Shown here: one piece after another, positions 25,270 through 35,546 of the stretch
Layout: every line of letters starts with the position of its first letter
Numbering within the stretch: the first letter of the stretch is position 1
Assembly: GCA_963750165.1 (NCBI GenBank)
Contig: CAVVPN010000004.1
Span: forward strand, 832,001 to 896,000
Direction of reading: 5' to 3'
From: an uncultured Gemmataceae bacterium
GTDB taxonomy: Bacteria > Planctomycetota > Planctomycetia > Gemmatales > Gemmataceae
DNA length: 64,000 nucleotides
Translations under genes and position numbers: made by a program
The notes under the pieces: generated by a model
What the model was told of the DNA's origin: nothing
Databases searched by the model: none
What the model saw: only the letters and a program-made list of their open reading frames with translations

Positions 25270-26685
25270 CTATTTCTTCTTTTTCGTCTGGAGTGGAAAT
25301 CGCTCCGGCGAATAGGGGCCGCCGTTCGCATCCCGAAGTTCATTGGTGCGTCGCCGCATGCGTTCCAGCAAGGCGGCGTGGCCTTCCTCGCGAGCCAGGT
25401 TCTTCAACTCCTGCGGATCTGCTTTGAGATCGTGCAGGAACTCGTACACCGGCTTTTGCGTGAAGTAGCGGGCGTAGACGTAGCGTTCAGCGCGGACCCC
25501 TTCCCACTGCGGGATGTCCGCATGGACGAAGAGGTGCTCGCAAAAGAAGTCGCTCCGCCACTTGACCTGCTCGCCGCGCAGCAGCGGCACGAGGCTGCGT
25601 CCCTGGTATTCCTGGGGGACTTCGAGCCCGGCGAACGAAAGTAAGGTTGGTGCGATGTCGATGTTCAGCGACAGTTCGTCCGTCGTCTTGCCGCGGCGTC
25701 CGGCCGGCAGCCGTGGATCGGCGATGAGCAGCGGGACGCGCAGCGACTCCTCGTAATGGACCCATTTGCCGGAGAAACCGCGTTCGCCCAGGAAATAGCC
25801 ATTGTCGGACATGAAAATGATGACGGTGTTCTCCGCGAGACCGAGGCGTTCGAGTTCAGCGAGGAGCCGGCCGATTTCCTGGTCGATGCCGGAGATCATG
25901 CGGTAATACGCCCGCACGTTCTTCGCATATTTCTCCGGCGTGTCAAATTGCCAGTACCAGCGGATGCGGTTCAGCGATTTGCGCAGGAACTCCGGCTCGG
26001 CCTGGAAATACTTCTCGGCAACGAGGGGCGGCGGCGGAATGCGGACGTTGTCGTACAGACCGTCCACGGTTTTCGGCCACGGATAGAGGTTGTCGAGCTT
26101 GCCGTCTTCGGCGTGCGGGCTGTTGAAACTGATCGAGAGGCAGAACGGCTGCTGCGCGGGTTGGGTCTTCAGAAACGCAATGGCTCGATCAGTCGCGATC
26201 TGATCGATATGGCGGGTTTCGCCTGATTTTTGCTTGCGCTGATAGGGGTAGCCGATCGGCACCAGGAGGTCGAACATTTTCGCTGCCTGACCGGCCTGCA
26301 CGGCGACGCCGAACTTGCCGATGAGCGCCGTGCGATAGCCGGCCTGGCGCAGGAGGAAGGGGTAACTGCGGGCGCAATGCGCGGCCGCCAGCGGCGGGGT
26401 GCCGAAGGTGAACTTGTGGGTGCGCTCGTACAGGCCGGTGAGAATCGAGGCCCGGCTGGCGGCGCAGATCGGCGTCGTCACGAAGCTGTTGCGGAAGCGC
26501 ACGCCGCGCGCCGCCAGGCGATCAAGATTGGGCGTCTTGACGATCGGATGGCCGGCACACCCGAGGGCGTCGAAGCGCTGGTCATCGGTCAGGATGAACA
26601 GGAGGTTCGGCTTCTTCTCCTGGGCGTGCACCGACGGGGCGGCCCCGAAGCACAGGAGGCAAAAAGCGAGGAGCGCGTGACGCAT
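25270..26685 (-). CDS. Sulfatase
   Basis: PNLLFILTDDQR, CAASRASILTG, SDNG, signal peptide. Confidence 0.95.
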   Translation of the reverse strand: MRHALLAFCLLCFGAAPSVHAQEKKPNLLFILTDDQRFDALGCAGHPIVKTPNLDRLAARGVRFRNSFVTTPICAASRASILTGLYERTHKFTFGTPPLAAAHCARSYPFLLRQAGYRTALIGKFGVAVQAGQAAKMFDLLVPIGYPYQRKQKSGETRHIDQIATDRAIAFLKTQPAQQPFCLSISFNSPHAEDGKLDNLYPWPKTVDGLYDNVRIPPPPLVAEKYFQAEPEFLRKSLNRIRWYWQFDTPEKYAKNVRAYYRMISGIDQEIGRLLAELERLGLAENTVIIFMSDNGYFLGERGFSGKWVHYEESLRVPLLIADPRLPAGRRGKTTDELSLNIDIAPTLLSFAGLEVPQEYQGRSLVPLLRGEQVKWRSDFFCEHLFVHADIPQWEGVRAERYVYARYFTQKPVYEFLHDLKADPQELKNLAREEGHAALLERMRRRTNELRDANGGPYSPERFPLQTKKKK

Positions 26686-26704
26686 GGCAATGCTGCCCTC
26701 CGTA

Positions 26705-27649
26705 TTATCGCTTGCGGTCGAGGATGTTCGTGTTGGAGACCGAGTTCCCCCAGCGGTCGAACTGGTCGAAGGTCCAGACGACGCGCTTCGTGGCCGGCTC
26801 GATCTCCACGAGCAGCGGTTGGCCCTTGCCGGCGTGGCAGTTGCCGATCACGTAGTTGCCGTTGGGCAGCACTTCCAGCGTCGTCACCCAGGCCAGCACG
26901 ATGTTCGGCAAATCCTTCTGGTGAACCTGCCAGACGATTTTCCTGGCCGGCGTCACCTCCAGGATCGCGTGGCCGTTGCCGGTGGTGATCAACGTGTTGC
27001 CGTTCTTCAGCCGCACGGCCGCAAAAGCCTGGTTGCCCCAGGCCTCGGGGCCGTGGCCGCCGCGCGGCTTGCGGTCGAACAGCGGAACCTGATATTCCCA
27101 GACGACGGCCCCCCGGGCGTCATACTCACGGACGGCGCCGTCGCCTTCGTGGCAGACCAGGTAATTGCCCGTGGCCAGTTTGCGGACAAGGCGGGTGTCG
27201 TGGTGCGGGCTCGGGCGCTGCACCTTGAGCTTGATCTCGCGGTGGATCGTCCCCGCGCGGTCGATCTCGATGATCCGGCCGATGCCCGACTCGGCGATCA
27301 TGACCTTGCCGTCGGCGAGTGGTTGGAAGGAATGCACCTCGACCGGCTTGCCCTGGTTGCCGTTCCGCGTGCCACTGTCGTACGACCAGACGACCTTCTT
27401 CGTTTTCGGGTCGATCTCCACGACCTTGCTGGCGCCTTGCTGGACCATGATGTGGCCGTTGGCGAGGACGTGCAGGTCATGGATGCCGCCCCAGGGCATG
27501 TCCCATTCGACCCGGCCCTGGGCATCGACGATGGCCAACTTGCCGTTGCCCTGCACCAGCACGCGGTGCTGCGCCGACGCCAGCGGTGGGGCCAGTAAAA
27601 GTACCGTGGCGAGCAGGGCGAGACGGAAAACCAGCAGCAGATGCGTCAT
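26705..27649 (-). CDS. Exported beta-propeller (PQQ-like/arylsulfotransferase-like)
   Basis: Repeated L.NGN..I...EI....KVVW blades; signal peptide. Confidence 0.8.
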   Translation of the reverse strand: MTHLLLVFRLALLATVLLLAPPLASAQHRVLVQGNGKLAIVDAQGRVEWDMPWGGIHDLHVLANGHIMVQQGASKVVEIDPKTKKVVWSYDSGTRNGNQGKPVEVHSFQPLADGKVMIAESGIGRIIEIDRAGTIHREIKLKVQRPSPHHDTRLVRKLATGNYLVCHEGDGAVREYDARGAVVWEYQVPLFDRKPRGGHGPEAWGNQAFAAVRLKNGNTLITTGNGHAILEVTPARKIVWQVHQKDLPNIVLAWVTTLEVLPNGNYVIGNCHAGKGQPLLVEIEPATKRVVWTFDQFDRWGNSVSNTNILDRKR

Positions 27650-27747
27650 GTTACACTCCTGGAATATGCAAAGCGTGTTGGCGGACGTGGCGGGACGCCG
27701 GGCCCCACCACGGGTGGCGTGGTACGACCGGCGCTGGCACTTCGGAC

Positions 27748-28459
27748 TCAGCCACCAGGGGCGCCCAGCCCCTCGAACAGCACCGTGCCCAACCGCACCA
27801 GCGTCGCGCCCTCCTCGACCGCCACCTCAAAGTCGTTGCTCATGCCCATCGACAGCTGCTCCAGGCCGTGGCCTTCCGGCAACCGCGGCCGCAGTCGCTC
27901 GGCCAGTTCGTGCAGCCCCGCAAATGTCGGCCGGCAGCGCTCCGCGTCCTCCTCATACGCCGCCAGCGTCATCAGGCCGCGCACGCGCAGCGCGCCGCAG
28001 CGCCGCCAGGTGCGGCAGCACGGCGGCGACCTCCGGCGGCGCGAAGCCGTGCTTGCTCGCCTCACCGCTGACATTGACCTCCAGCAGCACCGGCACGTCG
28101 CGATGCTGTTTGACCGCTTCCTGGTCCAGCGCCTCCAGCAGCCGCAGGCTATCCGCCGAGTGGATCAGCTCCGCCAGCGGCAGTGTCCGCTCGATCTTGT
28201 TGCGCTGCAAATGGCCGATCAGGTGCCAGTGGACACCCGCCGGCAGTGCCGCCGCCTTGCGCCACAGCTCCTGGGGCCGGTTCTCGCCGAGGTGCGCGAC
28301 GCCCAGCGCCGGCAGCAGAGCGGCCACGTCGGCGGCGACGGTTTTGGTGACCGCGACCAACGTCACCGCGGCGCGCGGCCGCCGCGCCCGGGCACAAGCA
28401 GCGCACAGCCGCGTCTCGACCGCGGCCAGCCGGCTGCTCAGGATGTCCAGCGCTTCCAT
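27748..28459 (-). CDS. yggS: PLP homeostasis protein YggS (frameshift near 27995)
   Basis: LVAVTKT, GENRPQE, WHLIGHLQRNK, LSMGMSNDF..A.EEGAT.VRLG. Confidence 0.93.
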
Positions 28460-28560
28460 TGATCTTTCCTCACGCGACGGCCTGTCGCTAAGATAGCCGG
28501 TGTTCGCGGCAAAGGCAGCGCGCTAAGCCGCAAGCGGCAGGAAAGAAGGGACTCCATTTC

Positions 28561-29867
28561 ATGGCCGAGATTCGCGCATTCCGCGGCTACCGCTACGACC
28601 TGGGCCGCGTCGGGGCGCTCAGCGACGTGATCGCGCCGCCCTACGATGTCATCGACGCGGCGCTGCAACAGCAGCTCTACGACCGCAGCCCCTACAACGT
28701 CGTCCGCCTCATCCTCAACAAGGAGGAGCCGACTGACGACGAGCAGCACAACCGCTACACGCGCGCCGCCGGCTACCTGCGCGACTGGCAGCAGACGGGC
28801 ATTCTCGCTCAGGACTCGGCGCGGTCGCTGTACGTGTATCACCAGGACTTCGAGGTCGAGGGCCGCCGCCACACCCGCAAGGGTTTCATGGCTCGCGTCC
28901 GCCTGGAGGGCTTCGGCCAGGGTCGCATCTTCCCGCACGAGCAGACGCTGGCCGGGCCCAGGGCGGATCGCCTGAAACTGTTTCACGCCACCGCCATGAA
29001 CCTCAGCCAGGTCTTCGGCATGTTCCCCGACGAACAGGGCGAGGTGCAGGCACTGCTGGACGGGGCGGTCGGCCGGGCGCTGCCGGTCCAGGCGACGGAC
29101 CACCTCGGCGTCGTCAGCCGGCTGTGGCCGGTCACGGACCAGCAGGTCGTCAGCGCCGTCACCGGCCTGCTGGGGCCGAAGCCGATCTTCATCGCCGACG
29201 GCCATCACCGCTACGAGACGGCCCTGCGCTACCTGGACGAGCGCCGCGCCGCCGGCGAGGTGCCCGACGACGAGGCGCCCGCCAACTTCGTGCTAATGAT
29301 GCTGGTGTCGATGAGCGACCCGGGCCTGGTCATCCTGCCGACGCACCGTCTCGTGTCCGGGCTCCCGCGCGCGCTGACCGCCGCCCAGTTGCAGGCGGCG
29401 CTGTACGAGCACTTCGAACTGGAAGAGGTCGGCCACGGCGAACAGGGGGCGCACGACACCTGGGAGTTGATGCAGGGCAGTCAGGAAGTGCTGGGCCTGG
29501 GCACCGTCGCGGATGGCATCTGGCAGGTGGCGCGGTTCCGGCGCCCGCGCTGATGGCGCAGCTGGCGGCGGAGCACAGCACCGCCTGGCAGCGGTTGGCG
29601 GTGAGCGTGCTGCACGTCGTCGTGCTGGAGAAGTTGCTGCCGGATGCGGGCTTCGGCGCCGGCCAGTGCCGCTACGTCCACCTGCTGCGCGAGGTAACCG
29701 ACGCCACGGCGGCGAGGGAGTGCCAGCTGGCGGTGCTGGTGCCGCCGGCGACCATGCAGCACGTCGAGCAGATCGCTGGCAACCTGGAGAAGATGCCGCC
29801 TAAATCGACGTACTTTTATCCGAAATTGCTGAGCGGGTTGGTGTTTCACTCGCTCAAGAACCAGTGA
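28561..29867 (+). CDS. DUF1015 family protein (frameshift near 29542)
   Basis: APPYDVI, PHEQT, IADGHHRYETA, MPPKSTYFYPKL. Confidence 0.9.
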
Positions 29868-29910
29868 AGGCGCCCCAAAACGCACCGGTCCCGTTTACGT
29901 TTCGCGCCGC

Positions 29911-30927
29911 TCACTCCTCCACGACGAACCGCTCGAAGGCGGCCATGAGCGTCGGGTCGAACTGCGCGCCGAAGCCGGCGCGGATGACCTGGGCGGCCTG
30001 CGCCGGCGGCATGGCGCCGCGGTAGGCGCGCGAACTCGTCAGTGCGTCGAAGCAGTCGGCGATGGTCAACACGCGGGCCAGCAGCGGGATCTGCTCGCCG
30101 ACCAGGCCGTCGGGGTAGCCCTGGCCGTCGTAGCGCTCGTGATGGCTGCGAATGGCCGCCAGCACCGTCGGGTTGTGGATGATCGGCGACAGGATGCGCT
30201 CGCCCATCTCGGGGTGCGTCCGCACCACCGCGTACTCATCGTCCGACAGCCGCCCTGGCTTGTTCAGGATCGCCTCGGGCACGGCCACCTTGCCGATGTC
30301 GTGCAGCTTCGCCGCCAGGCGCAACTGCTGCCGTTGCCGTTCGTCCAGGACCAGGCCCTCCGCCAACCGCAGCGCGTAGGTGCCCACGCGCAGCGAGTGG
30401 CCGGACGTGTACGGGTCGCGCGCCTCCAGGGTGCGCACCAGGCTGTCGATGGCCGACAGGTACGTCTGCCGCACCTGCCGCGTTCGCCGCTGGACCATGC
30501 GCTCCAGCCGGCGGTGCTGCTGGTCCTTCTCACGCCGGGCGTGGTATTCGCGCAGCGTGCTCTCCAGAACGTGGCGGAACTCGTCGAGTTGGATCGGCTT
30601 GAGGAAGTAGTGGTGGGCGCCCGCCTGCAGGCATCGGGTGACCGCGTCTTCCTCGTAGCCGGCGGTGATGACGATGATGGCCACGTCGGGCCAGCGCTTC
30701 TGAATCTCGCTCACCAGCCAGACGCCGCCGCGGCCGGGCATGCGCAGGTCGGTGACGACGATTGGTGTCGGTCGCTCTTCCAGCAGCCGCAGCGCATGCT
30801 CGGCGCTGGCCGCGGCCTGGCATTCGTACTGCCACGATTGCGCGGCGCGGACCAGCACGTCACGGGCGTGGGGTTCGTCGTCCACGACGGTGACCGTGGC
30901 CGACTCAATCAGCTGAGGGGAGATCAT
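29911..30927 (-). CDS. Response regulator with HD-GYP c-di-GMP phosphodiesterase domain
   Basis: VVDDE, TDLRMP, KP; GHS.RV, LHDIGK, HHERYDGQGYP. Confidence 0.93.
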   Translation of the reverse strand: MISPQLIESATVTVVDDEPHARDVLVRAAQSWQYECQAAASAEHALRLLEERPTPIVVTDLRMPGRGGVWLVSEIQKRWPDVAIIVITAGYEEDAVTRCLQAGAHHYFLKPIQLDEFRHVLESTLREYHARREKDQQHRRLERMVQRRTRQVRQTYLSAIDSLVRTLEARDPYTSGHSLRVGTYALRLAEGLVLDERQRQQLRLAAKLHDIGKVAVPEAILNKPGRLSDDEYAVVRTHPEMGERILSPIIHNPTVLAAIRSHHERYDGQGYPDGLVGEQIPLLARVLTIADCFDALTSSRAYRGAMPPAQAAQVIRAGFGAQFDPTLMAAFERFVVEE

Positions 30928-31431
30928 ACCCTGGTCGCTCCATCGCTTCGGGATCCAGTCAGGTTCGTCACGGTGTAAGATAGTTCAGATGCACAAAGGC
31001 ATCCGGCGAGGATTGCACCGGAAGAACCTGCGCGAGAGTGTGTGTGAGAAGAATACCCCAGATTTGGCGAGAATGCCAATTTTTCTTTTTCGTTGTACAG
31101 CAGAGGTTGGACGCAGGGAGTAGGCAGCGCGTTCCGAAAACCCCAACCCGTCCCCTGGCAGGTCACGGATGCACCTCCTGGTTCTGATCGGCGCCCGAGC
31201 GCCAGCGCGGGGGCAACGCTGTCCCGCGCTGGCGCTCGGGCGCCGATCAGCGGCCGGCGCCGCGCTTGAATTATGTTGACCGGCTCCCTATGGTATTCCC
31301 ATAATGTGAAGATACCCTCCCGACGTGTGCCCGCGGCGGGGGGTGGGACCACCAGCGCCGCCCAGCGGGGCGGTGTTTGTCCGCGTCAGGGACGGCGCTG
31401 GTTTTGATTTTTCAGAGTTGACTTTTGCAAT

Positions 31432-31568
31432 CGAGGTCCGCGGCTTCCAGGGCCGACAGGGTGTTCGCCAGAAGCGCCGCGGTGACCGAACCAAAAACGC
31501 CAAAGCCGCCACACCGAACAATCCACGGATTTCCATGATCCTTCTCTGGTTGCTATGGGTGGGCCTCG
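31432..31568 (+). ncRNA. Putative 6S-like structured RNA
   Basis: CGAGGTCCGC pairs with GTGGGCCTCG, CCAG with CTGG, TGTTCG with CGAACA; long intergenic region upstream of rny. Confidence 0.45.
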
Positions 31569-31954
31569 TCCTGGCAGGAATCGCCGTCCTGCCGGGCCGG
31601 CAGACGTGGCGCGGGATGGGCTTCCCTGGGGCACGGTTGCTCCCAACCGCCATCGGGTGCCACACCGGCACTGGCCCGGAGCCCCTCGGCCCGGGTCCGC
31701 GCGGGGCCGCCCGGCGGCCCCCGCTGGGGGGGAACGGCCTGGCCGCGCCCGCGGTCCGACTGCGCCTCCGGCCCGATTCCGTGCGCTGGCCAACGACGTT
31801 GCGGTTCCGGTCACTTTGCGGCCCCGCTCTATTCTGGTTGACGCTCGGGGATGTCCGTCCCGGCGGAGGGTTCTTTTCCCTCCCCGGCGGTGCCGCGCGC
31901 GGCGCGGTGGCCGGGCACTCTGGAAGCATGGCGGGCCCGAAAGGAGTGGCCTCC

Positions 31955-33535
31955 ATGCCCGTCGATAGCGTCGTCGTGGTCTGGACATGCCTGGCCGCTT
32001 TGCTGGGGCTGGCGATCGGGGCGGGTGCCGCGTTCAAGGTCATCCGCCGCAACGATCGCCTCAATCTCAACAGTGCCGAACACCGGGCAACCGACATCGT
32101 GACCCAGGCCCACAAGCAGGCCGAAAACCTCGTCAAGGAAGCAGAACTGCAGGCCAAGGACGAGCTCTACAAAAAGCGCGAAGCGTTCAACCGCGAGATC
32201 GAAATCGCCCGCACCGAGGTCCGCGAACAGGAGCGCCGCCTCGACAAGCGCGAGGACAACCTCGAACAGAAGCATCAGACCCAGGCCAAGAAGGAGCGCG
32301 AACTGCAGGTCAAGGAACGCAAAATCCACGAGCGTCGCGAGCTGCTTGAGAAGCGCACCGCCGAGGCCGAGGTGCTGGTGACGCAGCACACGCAGAAGTT
32401 ACACGAAATCAGCGGCCTGAGCCGCGACCAGGCGGAGAAGTTGCTGCTGGAGCGGCTCGACCGCGAACTGGCCGACGAGATCGCAGCGCGCATTCAGAAA
32501 CAGGAGGAGTTCCTGCGCGGCAGCGCCGAGATCAAGGCCCGCGAGATCCTGGCCACGGCCATCCAGCGCTACGCCGCCGAGCACACCGCCGACACCACCG
32601 TCAGCACGGTGGACATTCCCAGCGACGACATGAAGGGCCGCATCATCGGCCGCGAAGGGCGCAACATCCGCACCTTCGAGAAGGTGACCGGCGTTGATGT
32701 CATTGTCGATGACACGCCCGGCGTGGTCATCGTCAGCGCCTTCGACAACATCCGCCGCGAGACCGCCAAGCTGGCCCTGACCAAACTCATCCAGGACGGC
32801 CGCATTCACCCGTCGCGCATTGAGGAGGTCGTCAAGGAGACGCAAGAAGAGATGGAGCGGCACATTTTGGAGGTTGGCAAGACGGCCTGCCTGGAGGCGA
32901 ACGTCGGGCTACTGCACGAGAAGATGCTGCACCTGCTGGGCCGGCTGAAGTTTCGCACCAGTTACAGCCAGAATGTGCTGCAGCACAGCCTGGAGGTGGC
33001 GCACCTGTGCGGCCTGATGGCGGACGAGCTTGGCTACAACGGTCTGCTGGCGCGGCGCTGCGGCCTCTTGCACGACATCGGCAAGGCAGCCGATCACGAG
33101 ATGGAGGGCGGCCATCCGAAGATCGGCGCCGAACTGGCCAAGCGCTACGGCGAGACGAGCAAGGAGGTGCTGCACGCCATCGCCGGCCACCACGACGACG
33201 TGACCATTGACCACGTTTACACGGTGCTGGTGGCGGCGGCGGACGCGATCAGCGCGTCGCGGCCCGGGGCGCGGCGCGAGACACTGGAGAAGTACGTCAA
33301 GCGCCTGGAGGAACTGGAGGCGGTGGCGTCGGGCTTCCCGGGCGTGGAGCACGCCTACGCCATTCAGGCGGGCCGCGAATTGCGCGTCATCGCCAACGCG
33401 CACCAGCTGTCCGACAGCGAATCGGTCAAGGTCTGCCGGGAAATCGCCAAGGCCATCGAGGAGCAGCTGAACTATCCCGGCGAGATCAAGGTGACGGTCG
33501 TCCGCGAAACGCGGTCGGTGGAGTTCGCGCGGTGA
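31955..33535 (+). CDS. rny: Ribonuclease Y
   Basis: N-terminal TM, coiled coil, KH ([13 protein letters not shown]), HD (LLHDIGK), [10 protein letters not shown]. Confidence 0.97.
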   Translation: MPVDSVVVVWTCLAALLGLAIGAGAAFKVIRRNDRLNLNSAEHRATDIVTQAHKQAENLVKEAELQAKDELYKKREAFNREIEIARTEVREQERRLDKREDNLEQKHQTQAKKERELQVKERKIHERRELLEKRTAEAEVLVTQHTQKLHEISGLSRDQAEKLLLERLDRELADEIAARIQKQEEFLRGSAEIKAREILATAIQRYAAEHTADTTVSTVDIPSDDMKGRIIGREGRNIRTFEKVTGVDVIVDDTPGVVIVSAFDNIRRETAKLALTKLIQDGRIHPSRIEEVVKETQEEMERHILEVGKTACLEANVGLLHEKMLHLLGRLKFRTSYSQNVLQHSLEVAHLCGLMADELGYNGLLARRCGLLHDIGKAADHEMEGGHPKIGAELAKRYGETSKEVLHAIAGHHDDVTIDHVYTVLVAAADAISASRPGARRETLEKYVKRLEELEAVASGFPGVEHAYAIQAGRELRVIANAHQLSDSESVKVCREIAKAIEEQLNYPGEIKVTVVRETRSVEFAR

Positions 33536-33662
33536 GGGGTGCCGGCCCCGCTGCCGATTGATCGGTTCGCGCTGGCGTGCGCGAACCAATCAATCGGTCC
33601 CGCGCGGGTAAATGTATCGGGCAACCCTGTCCGGGTGCCCAGTCCCAGCATGAGGAGTCGCC

Positions 33663-34028
33663 ATGTTTCCTCCCGTTCCCCCCCAGGACCCGGACCCGAA
33701 CTACCGAGGCGGAGAGCCGGAGCCGGAGCGGGATCGCGACCGCGACCGTTACCGGGACGACCGGCCGCCCCGCGACCGGGACTACGGCGACGCGCCGGAT
33801 TACCTCGACCGCATCCGCAAGAAGCCGGCCGGGGACGACGAACTGACGGGCGGGGACTGGCTGCTCTGCATCCTGTGTTCCGGGATCGGCTGCATCGTCG
33901 GCATCGTCTACCTGATCCAGGGCCAGCCGAAGGGCGGCAAGATGCTGGGCATTTCGCTGCTGTTCATCGTCCTCTGGAACTTGTTTGGCTTCGTGCTCGG
34001 GCTTGGCTCGGGTGGTGGCATGCGCTGA
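33663..34028 (+). CDS. Small membrane protein with R/D-rich N-terminus
   Basis: GAGGAG RBS; LCSGIGCIVG plus second TM segment. Confidence 0.7.
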   Translation: MFPPVPPQDPDPNYRGGEPEPERDRDRDRYRDDRPPRDRDYGDAPDYLDRIRKKPAGDDELTGGDWLLCILCSGIGCIVGIVYLIQGQPKGGKMLGISLLFIVLWNLFGFVLGLGSGGGMR

Positions 34029-34035
34029 GGCGACC

Positions 34036-34476
34036 ATGACCGATCGCGACCCCCCCGAGCCTGACCCCGGCCCGACGCCGCGACGGCACTGGGAGATGCT
34101 CGGCATTTCCTGCCTGGTCATCGCCGGCTCGTTCACGCTGGCGGTGCCGGCGCCGGACCAGGTGGGGCTCGCCTGGGCGCCGGACCTGTTGCTACCGCCG
34201 CTGTGTCTGGCGCGGGAGTGGTTCGGTGTGTCCTGTCCGGGCTGCGGCCTGACGCGCAGCTTCATCCACCTGGCCCACGGCGACTGGCGGGCGTCGCTGG
34301 AGTCGCACCGCCTGGGCTGGCTGCTGGCCGGTCTGGTGCTGCTGCAGGTGCCGTACCGCATTCACGGGCTGTGCCGCCGTGGCGGGCCGCTGCTGCCGCG
34401 CCGCGTGCGGCAGGGCATCGCCCTGGGCACCATCGCCCTGCTCATCGCCAACTGGATCTACGGACTGCTGGGCTGA
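34036..34476 (+). CDS. DUF2752 membrane protein
   Basis: C....GVSCPGCGLTRSF.....GD. Confidence 0.85.
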   Translation: MTDRDPPEPDPGPTPRRHWEMLGISCLVIAGSFTLAVPAPDQVGLAWAPDLLLPPLCLAREWFGVSCPGCGLTRSFIHLAHGDWRASLESHRLGWLLAGLVLLQVPYRIHGLCRRGGPLLPRRVRQGIALGTIALLIANWIYGLLG

Positions 34477-34512
34477 ACGTCGCCTGGCCGCCGGCGCCCG
34501 GGGTGACCGACC

Positions 34513-35341
34513 ATGCGTATCCTGTTCCTCGGTGACATCGTTGGACCACCAGGCGTTCAGATGGTCAAGCGCGCGCTGCCGCTGGTGCGGTTGCACCTCG
34601 GCCTGGATCTGGTGATCGCCAACGCGGAGAACGCCTCCGGCGGCTCCGGCGTCACGCCGGGCGCCTTCCGTGAACTGCGCAACGCCGGCATCGACCTGAT
34701 GACGCTGGGCGACCACATTTACCGCCGCGCCGAGATCATCCCGACGCTGGCGCGAGGAGTGCATTTGCAAGCCGGCCAACTTCCCGGCCCAGGCGCCCGG
34801 CCGCGAGTTCGCCGTGGCCACGACCGCCGCCGGCGTCCGCGTCGCCGCCGTCAGCCTGCTCGGCCGCACGTTCATGCGCGCCGTCGATTGTCCCTTCGCC
34901 GCCATCGATCGCGTGCTGCCGGCCGTCCTCGATCTGACGCCGGTCGTCATCGTGGACATGCACGCCGAGGCGACCGCCGACAAGTACCTGATGGCACACC
35001 ACCTCAAGGGCCGCGTCAGCGCCGTGCTCGGTACCCACACGCACGTGCCGACCGCCGATGAGCAAATTTTTCCCGGCGGCACCGCGTTCATCTGCGATGT
35101 CGGCATGACGGGGCCGTATGACTCGATCCTGGGCCGGCGCGTGGACCGGGTGCTGATGACGACCATCACGTTCATCCCGACCGCCTTCGACGTGGCCACG
35201 GGCGACCCACGGCTGTCCGGGGCGGTCGTCGAGATCGACGCGGAGACGGGCCGGGCGACCGCCATCCGCCGCTACCAGCTCGACGAGGCCGGATTGGAGC
35301 GCCTGCAGAGTGTGCCGCCGGCCGAGGCACTTTTTTCCTGA
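34513..35341 (+). CDS. ymdB: YmdB-like metallophosphoesterase (frameshift near 34753)
   Basis: LFLGDIVG, NAEN, TLGDH, DMHAEAT, GTHTHVPTAD, DVGMTGP. Confidence 0.92.
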
Positions 35342-35411
35342 CCGTCACGGATGGAAGGGCGGGTTTTTGCGCCGAAGGCGTAAAAACCCGCCCCTCCATC
35401 CGTGACGGTCA
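35338..35411. repeat. Long palindrome / terminator
   Basis: CTGACCGTCACGGATGGAAGGGCGGGTTTTT ... AAAAACCCGCCCCTCCATCCGTGACGGTCAG. Confidence 0.75.
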
Positions 35412-35546
35412 GCTTTTTTCGTAGGCCGCGCCCGTTCCGCGTGGCCAGGGCGCAGGGGATTGCGATTGCGTCCCGATTGCGATATATTCAACTTTACTCA
35501 CCCACTGGCAGTATCCTTACCTACCCTGGCTGCCGAGGTCTTGACC

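Noticed and set aside
31325..31954. N-terminal extension of RNase Y
   Set aside because: Low-complexity translation; the TM anchor and RBS indicate a start at 31955.
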